DNA of 64,000 nucleotides from Perkinsela sp. CCAP 1560/9 (GCA_965644495.1 CBFFSA010000001.1:1674001-1738000), one strand, 5' to 3'; numbered from the stretch's first letter, positions 1-13,057 are shown. The notes: a model not told the origin generated them from the letters alone. Made by a program: numbers and translations.

Positions 1-45
1 CCCGTCCTGAAATTAACCCGTCCCGTAATAACACCACGCACTGTA

Positions 46-1760
46 CCGTCACCCCCCCCTCACATATCCTCGCAAGAGTGGAAAAAAACGGCCAAAAGCG
101 GATATGTCACCTAGGAGGACAAGTCACCTAGTAACGACTTAGAGTGTGAATGTTTTTTCTATTGCGGTTACCCTCGGCCTGCTATACTAGAGAATGAGTT
201 AACTAAATTTGAGCAATGAAATGAATGTAAATATTGGAAAAACAAACAGTTCTGTGGATGGTATATCTTTGTATCGTCAATGCCCCTGCTTTGTCCCCAC
301 TTTCGTAGACCCGAATAAACTAATGCTTTACACAGAGATTATCATAATCTTCTCCATGTGCTTCAATTGTACACATATGATGAAACGTTGTTACGCAGCC
401 CTCCATAGAGCAAACATGTATTGTTGAATTCTGAAGTGATCTTTGTGACCCGTTGTTTGGGATCTTTGATATATGTTATTTGGGGTTTTTGTGACCCATT
501 GTTCAGGAGCTTTTTGATCGGTTGTTGAGGATTGGTTGTATGGGGATCTTTGTGATCTGTTTTTTTTTGTGATCTTTTCGACCCCTTACTTAGGATATTT
601 GTGATCGTTTGTTTGGTATCTATGAAGTCCTTATGATTCATTGCACGGGATCTTTTGTAATCGGATGTGAATATTACCTGATTGGTTTGTTTGTTTGTTT
701 TTTTGTTATCTTTGTGATCGGTTCACTTGAAATTTTAATGACCCATTATTTGTTATCTCGTGTTTGGGATCTTTGTGACCCACCGTTTGTGGCCTTCGTG
801 ATCTTTGTGATCAGTGCACAAAAAAAAGAAGAAATCCGTAAAAAATAAATAAAAAAGAGCTTATTAAACGTGCGGGTACAGCACGTACTTGCACACCCTG
901 GTTCCGTATCCCAGCCTTCTTGACGCACGTCGAAAGACGTGTTGCCGGGGAGATCACTCGGATACGGAAACGGGCCCCTTAAGTGGGAAGCATTCTGGGC
1001 TGTGAAATGACTCGGGAGAATTTTTTTTTCTTTCTCTCTCGGCGATCACAGTGCCAGTCAAGCCAAGGCGTGTTTGCTACGCCGAGATAATGGGGAGTTG
1101 CTGTGTCCCTGGGCAGCATACTGTCCAGGGATTAGTAACACCCTCAGTTTCTGCTCCTTGCTCGTATAATTCTCGATTCTTTGTTGGTGGATGATATTGG
1201 TATTTTCTTCCGTACCCCAACCGGACGAATTGCTTCTTTTTGAACAGTTTTCGTACGGTACTGACTTCCAGCTTGTACTCCTTCGCAATGACGTGTTGCA
1301 TCTTACCATTGTCGATGGCGGCACACACATTCAATTTCTGTTGAATGGTTAATTCGACTCTTGATTTTCGCGATGTTTTGGTGCTAGCCACCACAACTTG
1401 GGTTTCATTTATTACACTCGTGGGGACGTCTTCCATGTGAGGCATTACAACAATACCTTCCCCATGCGCACGAACCGGAACCTGTATTTGACTTGCATTA
1501 AAAGGTTTGTGATTCGCTTTCTTGTTAAGTAACATGTTGATTAGAAGGCTGAAAATTTAAGAAACGTGAATATTTTGATTATTTATTGACCTAAGCATGT
1601 GTTGTCAAAACTATTGAGAATAAAATACGTGTGCTAAAATCGTTTAGCACAAAAACATTATTTAAGAACTTCATATCTTGGTACTAGATGACATATCCTC
1701 TCATCGATTGTAAAAAGAGGATATGTCACCTAGGAGGACAAGTGAGGGGGGGGGTGACGG
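46..1760 (-). mobile_element. pogo/Tigger-like DNA transposon relic with nested insertions
   Basis: TIRs CCGTCAC8TCAC (46-63) and GTGAG9TGACGG (1742-1760), each flanked by TA; subterminal repeat GGATATGTCACCTAGGAGGACAAGT near both ends; ORF 1077-1535(-) has a CENP-B/psq-like HTH (RVELTIQQKLNV...IAKEYKLEVSTVRKL); no DDE domain left. Confidence 0.7.
430..1053 (+). mobile_element. Partial copy of the Transib-like element at 37174-38275
   Basis: Near-identical to about 37670-38275, with degenerate TTTGTGATC repeats; ends in CACAGTG at 1047-1053. Confidence 0.6.
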
Positions 1761-1766
1761 TAGGAT

Positions 1767-2232
1767 GTGTTCAGCGACCAGTGCCGTTTCTTGCATGTGC
1801 GCTTCTTTAGGATTTCGAACCGACTCTTTCGCTTAACCAAGGTGAGGAAGAATCCGTTGTGTCTCGTACCTTTCTATAAGGTCACATTCCCAATCGCCGT
1901 ATCGCTCCCGATTGGTAACAACATTCGGTCGCTCCTCAATATCGGTGCGATTAGGAATACCTGTACGATTGGCTCCCCGACGGCGACGTTGACCACGTCT
2001 TCCTCCACGGCGGAGATAACTCTTTATATTTGTTAGCGGGGGTGTAATTCGCTGGGGGCTAAAGCTCCTGCGTATATGGGAGACGACTTTGTCTTTAATC
2101 TCTCCTTTAATACCATCCTTACATGGGCGCGGCTGGCGTTTCAGTATAGACTACTTTGCTGCTCGTTCAGCGCGCCTGGCACTGTACGTATCATTTCGAA
2201 GTCCGCGTGCCAGTTCTCGGCTCAGAGACGGT
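1767..2232 (-). pseudogene. IS30-family transposase remnant (copy 1)
   Basis: Manual minus-strand translation, absent from the ORF track: SLSRELARG..YSARRAERA*..FSPQRI..YLRRGG..IPNRTDIEERPNVVTNRERYGDWECDLIE[frameshift]GTRHNGFFLTLVKRKSRF; truncated next to the TIR at 1760. Confidence 0.8.
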
Positions 2233-2464
2233 TAATTCAGAAAAAGTTAGAATTTGCACTCTTTCCCCCAAAATAAAAGAAATCACATTCAATTTTGCGC
2301 TAATTTGGACCTGCGTGAAATACTGTTGATTTTAAAGCACCTCTAAATTATTCGTGGTTCACTCATACTGTCCCCCCACTTATGCGCAGCCGTTTGACAC
2401 GGCTACTTCACCCCAATTTTGGGGCATGACTGAGAAAAATCGCGCCGACGAAAAAAAGTCAAGG

Positions 2465-2875
2465 GTAAGACCCAGGCCTCCCGACACAAGAACGTCAAGG
2501 AGGCCTTCAGAAACCTCCTGGTCCACTATGGGCTCAAACCCGTGCAAACCCTGTGCAACCCGAGGTTCGACAATAGCAGGGGGTCGAAAATCTGTTTCCA
2601 ACTGGGACGGAGGCTCGCCCTGGTGGATATCACGGTTGTAAATCCACTGGCCTCTTCCTACCCTTTACTACTGTAAATCCACTGGCCCCTTCCTCCTAGG
2701 GGACCACGGAGCCGTTCCATACTTTGAGGATGGCCGAGGCCAACAAACGGCGCACTCATGAAGGGATGTCGTCAGTTAGGGGCAGGGACGTTTACCCCCT
2801 AGCCTTCACCACGTACGAGATACCGGACCCAGAGACCTTGAACTTCCTCAAGATGGCCCGGGCCCACACATCCGA
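2465..2875 (+). pseudogene. Restriction-like endonuclease (RLE) domain fragment of a CRE-clade non-LTR retrotransposon
   Basis: Frameshifted translation SRHKNVKEAFRNLLVHYGLKP..ALVDITVVNPLASSY..AEANKRRTHE..YPLAFTTYE..LNFLK matches the RLE motif order RHxxV, DxTVVxP, AExxK, PLAFxTxG. Confidence 0.7.
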
Positions 2876-3629
2876 TAAAAGAACTGTAAAAAATTATATG
2901 CTCCATATGTAAAAAATAATATGCTCCAGACTAATGAATCAAAATGCCATGTTTTTTAGACCCAGGGGGTACCAGGGGGTCCTTACAAAAAAGTCAGCAA
3001 ATATCTTCACCAGGGGAACGAGATCTATCCAATGCTGCAAAAATGTGCAAAGACTGGGGGGGGGAGGGGATATCTTGAAAGCACTGCATCACCGTACGTA
3101 AATAGATAGAAATATTGAGTATAAAAACGAATAAACGTAGAGGCGTGCGCTAACTGGGCCACAGGGATAAAAAAACGAAACACTATTTCGTTACAAGTTA
3201 TTTAATAACTGGTAGAAGTGTAGGGCATAGTTTGCATTAGGCGAACCTGACTGGTTTTGACTGGTCCTGAACCTGACTGGTTCTGCCTCCCTTAAACAGC
3301 TTCTCATTTTTAATTTGCGGCACACTAAACGTTTCGTATTCGCCAAAAGAAAAACAACTCCTTATCCATAAACGGTGTTACAGGATAACATACCCGGTAT
3401 GTTATGCTGTTACAGGTATGTTATGCTGTTACAGGTAGGTTAACTTTTGTGGCACTTATTTCTTGAGTGCTCATGTTGATAAAAAAATAGAAAAAATGAT
3501 CAGTACTACACACGTAAAAAATCTCAACTAAAAAAAATTGACCCTAAACTCCAAAATCCATAGGGGGGGTATGCTATCCACCCCTGTTCACGATAACATA
3601 CCGCCCCGGTATGTTATCGTGTTACAGGT

Positions 3630-4601
3630 ATGTTATCCCGGACCCCCGTTTATAACCCTCCGACGTCTCCCCCTTATACTACTCGTAGTAACGTTATAGA
3701 GATGACCTGCCGCACCCCCTACTCCTCCTTGTATGCTGTTTCCACCGCTGACACGTCCCATCCCCCCACGCTCACACGACGCGGTCGCGTCAGCGCTGCC
3801 ACGGTGCCCCCAGAAGTGCTTCTCTCCGAGTTCTTCCGTAACGCCCAATCTCCCCCTCCCTCATGGAGCACCGAAACCGCTGGTTGTAATTGGGAAGGGA
3901 TCCAATGCAACGAACACGGCCAGGTGGTTGAAATCGCCTGGACACGTGTGCGCACCCCTAACCACGGTCGAACGCGTTTGGGGGGGTTGGGAGGTTCGAT
4001 TTCCTTCTCGCACGCTCCCCCGACACTCCAACGGCTCGTGCTGGTGAGCCAAGGCTGCCACGGGGAGCTGCAAACCGAACGTTTGCCTCCAAGTCTTGAA
4101 ATTCTGCATCTTCCCGGGAACCGGTTCTGTGGGCCACTCGATTTCACCTCCTTGCCCGAGACCCTTACGGAGGTAAATGTGCAGAGAAATGGTTTTTCAG
4201 GAGGGGTAAAGCTCGCGCAACTCCCCCCTGCGCTGGAGACGCTCCACCTCGCGTACAACGCGTTTAATGGGGAGGTGAATCTTCGGCAGCTCGCGCATGT
4301 TCCTTTGAAGATTTTAAATCTTGCGGGAAATGCATTTACCGGGGCGTTGGATTTCACCCATCTCCCCGGCACACTTAAGGAATTTTCGGTAGCTTATAAT
4401 AAATTTTGTGGGGATCTCGACTTGCAGTGTCTGCCGAAAGCGTTGTGCGAGTTGTCCTTACAAGGCAATGAGGAGCTTTGTGGAGAGGTGCGTGCGGAGC
4501 ATCTCCCAGAGCACCTGAGAAATCACCCGGGATGGGGGGATACTAAAGTTCATGTGATAAAGCGAAAGAGGTTTCCGGTAAAGGAAAAGCGCTGGCGTTG
4601 A
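3630..4601 (+). CDS. LRR protein (true start may be downstream)
   Basis: GRVSAATVPPEVLL motif, CxWxGIxC cap, about 8 LPxxLxxLxLxxNxFxG repeats; basic C-terminus. Confidence 0.85.
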   Translation: MLSRTPVYNPPTSPPYTTRSNVIEMTCRTPYSSLYAVSTADTSHPPTLTRRGRVSAATVPPEVLLSEFFRNAQSPPPSWSTETAGCNWEGIQCNEHGQVVEIAWTRVRTPNHGRTRLGGLGGSISFSHAPPTLQRLVLVSQGCHGELQTERLPPSLEILHLPGNRFCGPLDFTSLPETLTEVNVQRNGFSGGVKLAQLPPALETLHLAYNAFNGEVNLRQLAHVPLKILNLAGNAFTGALDFTHLPGTLKEFSVAYNKFCGDLDLQCLPKALCELSLQGNEELCGEVRAEHLPEHLRNHPGWGDTKVHVIKRKRFPVKEKRWR

Positions 4602-5170
4602 GTGTTGGGGAGTAGTTTTTGTGGGTTCATACTGCATGACACTCATTATTGAGGGAGATACTACTCCCTCGCGACCCTACATGTACAGTAGTAGAATTTG
4701 GTCCGACAAAAAAAGTTTCCTGGATTTTTATTTTCGCAAAAGAATCAAAGGCAACACCATACACATTAATATAAAAGAAAAAATCAACCTGTGCTGCACT
4801 CTTTCTCACACTCTCTCTCACTTTCTTTGGAATCAATTTGCAATCCCCAATTTGCGATACAAAGGGCCTGAAGTGTGTCATACGCTAATGGCAGCCGGAC
4901 AGGACCGATACCTCTGGACAGGTAAAGCGCCTTTAGACAAATTTTGCCGTGGTCTTCCTCGAGACTGCCATCTTTCAGATGGTACTGACGCCGAGCTTTT
5001 TTTAGTGACATTTTATCTGTCCATATGCATTTCATCTGTCCAGGGGCATTTGACGTGTAAAATGGCCACCTGAAATTTTTTTAATTGTCCTTTTTAACAA
5101 AGCCTTGGGCACGAAGTGCCGCGAAGCGGCGCCGGTTTGTTTTTTCATTTTCCAGTGTAATGTACGGGAA

Positions 5171-5269
5171 AAGTAAAGCACTTCTGCACAAAGTAAAGCA
5201 CTTCTGCACAAAGTAAAGCACTTCTGCACAAAGTAAAGCACTTCTGCACAAAGTAAAGCACTTCTGCAC
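5171..5269. repeat. 20-bp tandem repeat, 5 copies
   Basis: AAGTAAAGCACTTCTGCACA repeated 5 times. Confidence 0.95.
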
Positions 5270-5475
5270 TTCGGTCATACCAAGTCTCTCATTGACCCGA
5301 CCGGCCCCTCCGTGCGTTCAGACTCTCATTTCTCCCAAAACAACTACCACCTTCCCCCCATTTATCAGTGGTCGCTCGCGCGATCCCCGCTAAATACGGG
5401 GGAATGTCGCCTTTGTATTCGTTTTTGTTTCAACTACAAAAGATAAAACTTGGTTTTATTTTTAATTAGTGAGTT

Positions 5476-6369
5476 ATGGACGACGGATCGGACCTCAGAT
5501 GCGGAAGAGTACGTCGGGAGTTATTACCACAGGAACATGTGCTCGAAGAATTTCTAAGAGGAACAACGGCGCGAGATCGTTCATGGATTACAGAAAAAAG
5601 AAGATTGTTTGGGGGTATGAAGAAAATTTCTCCTTGCACATGGAAAGGTGTTGCCTGCAATGCAGATCAGAATATTGTAAGCGTCGTCAGTCGCAAAGGA
5701 ATTCCTCAACTGGAAGGAAATCTCAGTTGGGGTGCTCTACCTTCAACACTTACCAGCGTTGAGCTGTGGAGTTATCCAAATCTGTGGGGTGAAATAAATC
5801 TTGACTACTTGCCGGCGTGTATGCAGCACTTTTGCCTGACCGGCACTTCAATGTCGGGTGCTTTATCACTTCAGAATCTTCCGTCAAAGTTGGAGCGGTT
5901 GAAACTCGAGAGAAATCGCTTCTCTGGAAATCTTGATCTATCGACTATGTCCGCAGAGTGCTTGAAGGAGTTAGGATTGCGTGAAAACGAACTTACGGGC
6001 AGTATGATACTTTCGGCACTACCGCGAGGGCTTAAAATCCTTGATCTATCATCGAATGACTTTGCAGGTCACATCGATCTCCGAGCACTGCCGCGGAACA
6101 TGCACAAGTTTAACCTCGCTAGGAATAAACTGAGTGGAACTTTGGTGTTCCCAGCGGATCTTCCACTATTTATTTCCTTCATGGACTTGTCACACAATTG
6201 TTTTTCTGGGTACCTTGATTTTAGTCCCTTGCGCCAGCATCAGCTTGTGACTCAACTTTGTATTCGTTATAACTTGTACCTCAACGACAACGGCTTCAGT
6301 GATTGGGGTCCCAAAGATGAATACAACGGAGCCACGCCTCCAGGTGTGAATTTGAATCCTTTTACTTGA
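5476..6369 (+). CDS. LRR protein
   Basis: GRVRRELLPQEHVL, PCTWKGVAC cap, LRR units; open 297-aa frame. Confidence 0.9.
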   Translation: MDDGSDLRCGRVRRELLPQEHVLEEFLRGTTARDRSWITEKRRLFGGMKKISPCTWKGVACNADQNIVSVVSRKGIPQLEGNLSWGALPSTLTSVELWSYPNLWGEINLDYLPACMQHFCLTGTSMSGALSLQNLPSKLERLKLERNRFSGNLDLSTMSAECLKELGLRENELTGSMILSALPRGLKILDLSSNDFAGHIDLRALPRNMHKFNLARNKLSGTLVFPADLPLFISFMDLSHNCFSGYLDFSPLRQHQLVTQLCIRYNLYLNDNGFSDWGPKDEYNGATPPGVNLNPFT

Positions 6370-6734
6370 GATAACAATTTGCGTACTCAATATTTTCTAG
6401 GTCGTTAAAAAAATACGCTCCAACGCTTGTAGAACTTCTTCGGACAAGTGTCACTTCTTTTCGATATGGAGCGTGTGGCCAAATTCCCGTTCTGCGTGGG
6501 TTTCAGAAAAGTAAATATTGTTGAGAGCAAGACATAAAATTCCTAGATGCTTGTATTTTTGGGAGACCGAACACTTCTTTCTCGCATTCGGGCGTAACGT
6601 TTTGTTGTCTCCGACTTATCTATTTTGCTGACATACTCTACGTATTCCTACATACAGTAGTGTATCTCCTTGTACATACAGCGTATCTCCTTAGGACCAA
6701 TACTGCTTCAAGTTTTAAAGATTCAGACACCCTC

Positions 6735-7496
6735 ATGATTGGATGTATAGCCTCCGATATTCCACGATCGCCTCCAAGAAAACGATCCAAGCAACCCGAA
6801 TCTCCCATTCGGCGGCCCTCAAAGGTACGCAGTGCGCTTCTTCCACCAGAGTATCATTTGTGCCGCATTCTCGGCGAAGCCACAAATGCGCACCCCTCCT
6901 GGAGTACAAACACAACAGCGTGTGAGTGGGATGGCATCAAATGTAATGAAGACTTAGAAATCAATGAGATCATTTGGTCACGTCACGACGTAACTGCTCA
7001 AATAAAATTGGAGTATCTCCCACGTACGTTACGCAACTTGGACCTGTCTTATAATTTTTTTCGTGGAGAGATAAATCCAGAGATCTTGCCTTCCCCATTA
7101 CAGGAGATTTCCCTTCACAGCAATTTGTTTTCTGGGACCGTCGATTTCAGCACATTTTCGTATTGTTTGACGGAAATATTTTTGAGCAGTAACCGCTTTT
7201 CTGGAGACATCTGCCTGAGTTCATTGCCTTGCGAATTGGTGTATTTGTCCTTAAACGACAATTCTTTCATTGGGGCTCCCGACTTGCGGCACTTCCCGTC
7301 AAAACTCCGGTATTTGAATCTCTCGTCGAACCTCTTCGCAGGAGAAGTGTGTCTTGATCGTTTACCTCCTAGTTTGAAGAATTTGCTGCTGAAAGATAAT
7401 CCTTTGCTCCGTGGAAATGTTTCCACATCGAGTCTACCTTGGGGATTTAACATGGATTTCGCCCTAGGTACGGCAATCGTTATAAACTATGACTGA
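6735..7496 (+). CDS. LRR protein with basic NLS-like motif
   Basis: First in-frame ATG at 6735; PPRKRSK, SKVRSALLPPEYHL, ACEWDGIKC, LRR units. Confidence 0.85.
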   Translation: MIGCIASDIPRSPPRKRSKQPESPIRRPSKVRSALLPPEYHLCRILGEATNAHPSWSTNTTACEWDGIKCNEDLEINEIIWSRHDVTAQIKLEYLPRTLRNLDLSYNFFRGEINPEILPSPLQEISLHSNLFSGTVDFSTFSYCLTEIFLSSNRFSGDICLSSLPCELVYLSLNDNSFIGAPDLRHFPSKLRYLNLSSNLFAGEVCLDRLPPSLKNLLLKDNPLLRGNVSTSSLPWGFNMDFALGTAIVINYD

Positions 7497-8314
7497 AAAA
7501 AAGTAGTTTGTCCAGGGTTACGTTATTTGTGTGATACAGTACCTGCTGTAACCCTCTCTTTATACTTCGCTTGTCATACCCCGACTCCTCATCGAGCCCG
7601 AAAACTTCTGCGAAGGATATGGGGGTTGATATTCCCTGGCTTCTGCCCAGGGACTTAGCCATTTTCCATTATCTCGTGCGTAGTAACACAAGAAAGTCCA
7701 AAGGACCTCCCTAAAAGATGAAAAAAAACGATCACATTTTTCCGTTCCCACTCGTTTAATACCTTCAGCCGAAGCCTATGAACACATTCATGCTTGTCCG
7801 TTCAAGCACACAACTAACCGTAGTGCCCGCGTCACCGGATTTCTCCGGAAAGATTACGAAATTATGATCCAGATTTAATTTATACGCCACTACTTCTACC
7901 AATGTGCTGCTTCCCACTACCCACCACGGTGCCTCGGGAGCATCGGGTTGTAATGGGGAACTACGAATAATTTATAGTAGCCTTCTCTAGTGAAAAAGGA
8001 CAGGGGATTAGTAAAAATAATATTGACTGTAATATGTCAAGAAACCACTTTTGAAAGGAATCCAACAAAAAATTACAATCTCTAGAGGGGAACGTTATTC
8101 CCGCTTTAGTCCATAAGGTTGGAATTTATTGAATCCCGTAGATGGCGAAGGTGGCCGTCCAGGGATGTTCGCCGGCGATAATTGGTAATCCGCCGGGAGG
8201 TTAAGAAAAATAGAAAATGAGGACGCGTCATCTGCTCTTGTAGGTAATACGCACACGTGTGAGGAGTTAACGGTTTTCTCAAGAAATAACTTTTATTTCT
8301 CATTCAAGACTCAG

Positions 8315-8913
8315 ATGACGTTGTTTGGTCTTGCAACAGAGATTTCAAGTCGGACACCCAGTAAGGTGCGAGGAGCGAACTTACCGCAGGAATTCGAGCT
8401 TGCTCGATTTATTGCGAATATTGAAAATCCGTCTCCTACATGGAACACCTCGACACCTGCGTGCCAGTGGGAAGGTGTGATGTGCGATAGAACATTACAC
8501 GCTCGAACTCTTCTTTGGTCGCACCTCGGCCTTACAGGCTCACTTCGGTGGGAAACACACTTGCTTTTACGGGGCTTATAACAAGTTCATCAGTAATGTT
8601 CAGTTACGGAACTTACCACGAAAATTCAGATATCTACAGATAGGCAAAAACAAATTTAACGGGGAGTTTGACATGCTCTATTTACCCGATACGCTAGAAA
8701 AGATGCTTTTAGAGTGGAATGAGTTTGAAGGTCACCTCGACTTAAGTTCCCTGCCTCCAAGCCTGTAATACTTGCGGGTCAATAACAACAACTTATCCGG
8801 ATCGGTTGTTCTCTCCTACTTACCCCCAAGCATGACGCGTCTTTACTTATCGTATAATCGTTTCACGGGAATGCTTGATTTAGGAAGTTTGCCCTCTACG
8901 TTTAAGAAGCTAT
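8315..8913 (+). pseudogene. LRR pseudogene, subfamily A
   Basis: Near-identical to 21826-22501; frameshift near 8560-8580, CAA>TAA stop near 8766, 3' end replaced by SL-headed element. Confidence 0.85.
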
Positions 8914-8983
8914 TGATAATGATAAAGATGCAGTTTCTGTACCTTGTTGGTACTTTTCTCTCATCTTTTCTCTCCCGGAAACG
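8914..8983 (+). mobile_element. 5' fragment of SL-headed retroposon
   Basis: ATAAAGATGCAGTTTCTGTACCTTGTTG|GTAC followed by the family pyrimidine tract and CCCGGAAACG. Confidence 0.75.
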
Positions 8984-9095
8984 AATACCCCACTACATTT
9001 TGATTTTTTCTAACCATACTTTATGATGAAGTATCGTGTCATATTTAAATTTGCTCTGTTCCACCCATAAATAAGTTGTACAATTTCTTTTCCTT

Positions 9096-10196
9096 ATGAC
9101 TCTGTCCAGTCTACTTTTTCTTCTCCTCAGTGCATTTCCGGCACACTCAAAATCTTTCGTGGGGCCTCACTTGCTCAAAGGATACATTTATTATGCAGTG
9201 AATACAGCGGATGATTCTGTGCCTAATGTGATGTGTCAGCGAGAGGGTGATATTCGAGAGTTTGTTCACAAAGCATATGCTGCTTACTCCGCTTCTGAGG
9301 ACTTTCTAGACAACGCAACTTCATCACGTTACGTACAGAGGGATACATTTGGTCGAATAACAGGTGTGAACTGGAACAAATACGAATACAAACACAGAAG
9401 CAGGTACGATCAACACCGCTTCTTGAATATGATTCACTGGAGCCTTCTGCCATGTACTGTACGGAAGATCGATTTGTCTTTTCATTCCCTAAAGTCCGTT
9501 TGCAATCAAACTTTGCCTACAGCTTCAGATTTTCCATTCCTCACTGAACTCAGCGTTGAAAGCAATCAATTAAGTGGAAATGTTTCCTGGTCAGAATTGC
9601 CCTCGACTCTGCATGTGTTGAATGTTCGAAAAAATCAGTTGAATGGATCGGTTGAGTGGGATAATTTGCCATGGTCCCTAATGGTATTGGACATATCAGA
9701 GAATACATTTACGGGTAGTTGTGAACTTCACTCTTTGCCTCCCGCCCTGCGAGAACTAAATGCGAGTCAGAACATGTTCGACGGAGAAATATGCCTGACC
9801 AAACTTTCACTTTCACTTTTGATCCTGAATGTTTCGAATAACAAGCTTTCAGGAGGAGTAGATCTCTCCGGCCTTTGTCGTGAGTGCTATGACCACGATT
9901 CTCAATCGTGTGGTTCAAGGAATGCGGCGGGCATAAACGCAATGACGCCTAGAAATCGTCCACCTGCACTACAAGAAATAGACATCAGCAGCAATAAGTT
10001 TGAAGGAAATGTCACTTTAGACTTTTTTCTGCCTTGTCTTGGAAAAGTCGACATCAGCAACAATACCATTGGGCCCACTGTTGAGATTGGAAATCTGTCA
10101 CCTTCTACTTGTGTCGATTTGAGACTAAATCGGATATCGAATGTCAGCATAAAAAATGGCTTTGTAGCAGTGCGATTGTTTCCTCAAAAGAAATGA
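9096..10196 (+). CDS. Putative secreted LRR protein, subfamily B
   Basis: Hydrophobic N-terminus MTLSSLLFLLLSAFPAHS, LRR units, non-LRR island before the last repeats, no TM segment seen. Confidence 0.9.
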   Translation: MTLSSLLFLLLSAFPAHSKSFVGPHLLKGYIYYAVNTADDSVPNVMCQREGDIREFVHKAYAAYSASEDFLDNATSSRYVQRDTFGRITGVNWNKYEYKHRSRYDQHRFLNMIHWSLLPCTVRKIDLSFHSLKSVCNQTLPTASDFPFLTELSVESNQLSGNVSWSELPSTLHVLNVRKNQLNGSVEWDNLPWSLMVLDISENTFTGSCELHSLPPALRELNASQNMFDGEICLTKLSLSLLILNVSNNKLSGGVDLSGLCRECYDHDSQSCGSRNAAGINAMTPRNRPPALQEIDISSNKFEGNVTLDFFLPCLGKVDISNNTIGPTVEIGNLSPSTCVDLRLNRISNVSIKNGFVAVRLFPQKK

Positions 10197-11384
10197 CAGT
10201 AGAAGGTAATGGTTGGTACAGGTTGATGGGAGAAGAGGCATCTTGACTGTAAAAATTGGTTTTCAAGACATTTGGAGTTTTGTGTACGTCCATTCAAAAA
10301 CATTTCACGATTCATAGTATGACAAATTAAAACTTCTTGCCCTTCGTGGAGCTTTTTTATTCTTGTCCTACTTTGCAACCGTTATGTTGTCTTATGTATC
10401 TTGCCAGATATGTGTAGATTTTCCAGATTAATATTTTCTAAAAGGAGGAAATTTCCGAAAAAGACATGCCCTTTTTTACATTTTTTTGAACCTATTAATA
10501 CAAGGCACTGCAGAATCTTCTATCTTGAACAAAAATCTATCGAAAGATACTCGTGTTTCCCGTTTTCATAGAAAACTGTGACATGTCAGTTGGAGTTACA
10601 TTATACTGGGGGTATACACAGGCAAAGGATACACAATACAGTGTACCTACTGTGACCCCCCCTTTAATATGCACCCCCCCTTACCCCCCTTTAATGTGCA
10701 CAAAATGGAATTTGAAGAAATTTGTGTAGTGGGACCCCCTTTAATATGCACAAGATTGAAGCTGAAGAAAGTTCGTGTAGTGGGACCGATTGGGTAAATT
10801 CGATTTTTTCCCTTTTTTATTCTGTTTCGAAAGTCACTTAGGCTACCAACTTCTAACATTAAGTTACTCAATACTGCAGACTTCTTAGCAGACTTTTTAG
10901 TTTTCTCTATCTGCTTCTCTTTGTGTATAATGTCGACCCCTACCTTCCCCCCAGGTAGGGGAACGGGGACCTGTTCTACATACTATTATGTGCTCTACTA
11001 TTACATCTCCATCGGTAAGCGAGTCGAACTCACCATTTACGACAAACACGAGATTTGTCTATCCCAGGACTCGGTGAAGGCTATCCGAGAGAAGTACGGG
11101 ATAACTCGAAGAACGGTGCACGCCATCCGTGCGACTGGGATATTAATTTATCAAAAACTAATAAATCGAGACATGGGAAGCCAGCACCGGTTTAACACCA
11201 AAGGAGGTGATTACAACGACCCGAAGTATGTCACGTACAATAAGGCAGAGGCTATGTGTGAAGTCTATCGTGCTTGTGAAAAGGCATATTACTTATGGTG
11301 TCCCTTGACCAAATCTATTGTAATCGATTTAATATCCCAAAAAAAAACGGGGTTGACTTCGGTTTCAGCATTAGAAGACACATA

Positions 11385-13057
11385 CAGGGGTGCGGGTATA
11401 AAGGTGGAGTGGGGTCTAAAATTTGTAAATGTTGTCCAATTTTGTAAAATAATAGCGCATTGGATAGCTCCCACAGAGTTGTGTGTTTTAGGCTCATTAA
11501 AACTCTGTAATTTTTACGTACATATTTTTTGGTACCATATTTCGCTTTTTTCCTTCTCAGAAATTACTTTTTTTTACCAGAAAATGCCCCAAAAGCGCCC
11601 GTGGAGTACTGAGCGATAGATCGTATTCTTCCCCCGCCCCCGTCAAAGAGAGTCACCGCATGCTTTTGGTGGCGGAATACGGGGCGCACAGGATCGTACT
11701 CCGCTACGGCGCAGCACTTTGGTGTTCATGAGAACACTGTAAAACGTTGGGTTGAACGTTTTACCCTTACGGGTGACGTGTTAACGGCATCCCGAGAGCG
11801 TGTTTCGACGCTGGTTACCCCTGCGTTCCTGGATGTGGCTCTCAAGCTTATCGGCGAGGGGTATCGCGACCTTGTTTACGGCGTGGAGAGCTGGAGCGAT
11901 CTTCTGCGAGAGATCCGTAGCCAAGGATTTGTAGTCTGTGAATCACAGGGGTCCGAAAAACTTCAAAAACTATAAATATAGTACTTTATAGTACTATATT
12001 TTTTTTCGTGCTATATATTGAAAAACTATATTTTTCACCTAGAGTTTTCGACAATCAAAGAGTGACAGATAGCATTTTAAATATTTTCTTCTGTTTAATA
12101 ACGTGTTCCTTAGTGATTTATTGCCCCAAACACAAATGTTTTTTGTCTGTAGAGCTTCATATCGGTGTTTGACGGCTCGACCGTTCAACAGAAGTTTGTT
12201 GACTGATCGAGGGTCGTTTAGCCCGAACGTTTGGGGTTGGTTCGGAGGTAAGACCAGGTGGCATCTGGGCCCAGCACTGCACGTTCCCGCCAAGACAGAG
12301 AGATAAGGTATTTCAATAACCAAAGTCCTCTGGTGTGTAGTTATTGTCAGGTCGCGTATGTCACCTTATTATACTAACTATTAGTATAGTAGTGTATTAT
12401 ACTAGGTGTATAATACTACACCTCGTGTCGCTACATCTGCCAGCACTATTTCATTCCCTCAAAAATATTTCGTTGTGTTAATTCGGCTATCAACGCGAAG
12501 CGCGCAGCACGAGTGACTTCTAAGTTGAAAACAACCTCCGCGTTTAACGAAGCCACTAAAAAAGAAAAAATATCAGATGCAATAATAACTAATTGAATTG
12601 GCTTAAAATCCATCGAGTTGTTTACTTCCAGTTCTAAGGCCAACGCTTCAGCGAAGTCGATTCGTGATCTTCCCATATTGTATTTTAACTTGTTCATAAT
12701 ATGCGGACGTGCAACGCATATTTGCCAAGCTACAACCCGTTTTGGTGTTGCATTCATAGCAAAGAAGATCGGTTTTTGAAAAAAATGTCTGACATAAATC
12801 TCTTGACGTTTGATCATTCCCTGCCATAGACTACCTGATGAGCGAAGTACCAGTTCGAAGACCGAAAATGTTTGCCTATTTATTTATAATTTTTGAAGTT
12901 TTTGAAGTACTTGTAGCATCAATATAGTACTATTTTTTTTTTGCTATAAATAAACTTTAAAAGTTTTTCGGACCGCTGTCTGTGATGGACAGACAAAAAT
13001 ATTCTTCGACCCCGAAATCGACAGCAACTGGACCCCACCTTTAGATTCGCACCCCTG
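11385..13057 (+). mobile_element. Tc1/IS630-like deletion derivative
   Basis: TIRs CAGGGGTGCG..TAAAGGTGG at both ends with TA flanks; HTH remnant SYSATAQHFGVHENTVKRWVERF at about 11695-11765. Confidence 0.7.
11946..12978. mobile_element. hAT-like non-autonomous element nested in the previous one
   Basis: TIR CAG(G/C)GGTCCGAAAAACTT at both ends; imperfect TCTGTGA(T) duplication; TATAGTAC-type subterminal repeats. Confidence 0.6.

Noticed and set aside
12812-12870. Hammerhead ribozyme (CTGATGA..GAAA)
   Set aside because: Stems I and II cannot be formed convincingly; single copy.
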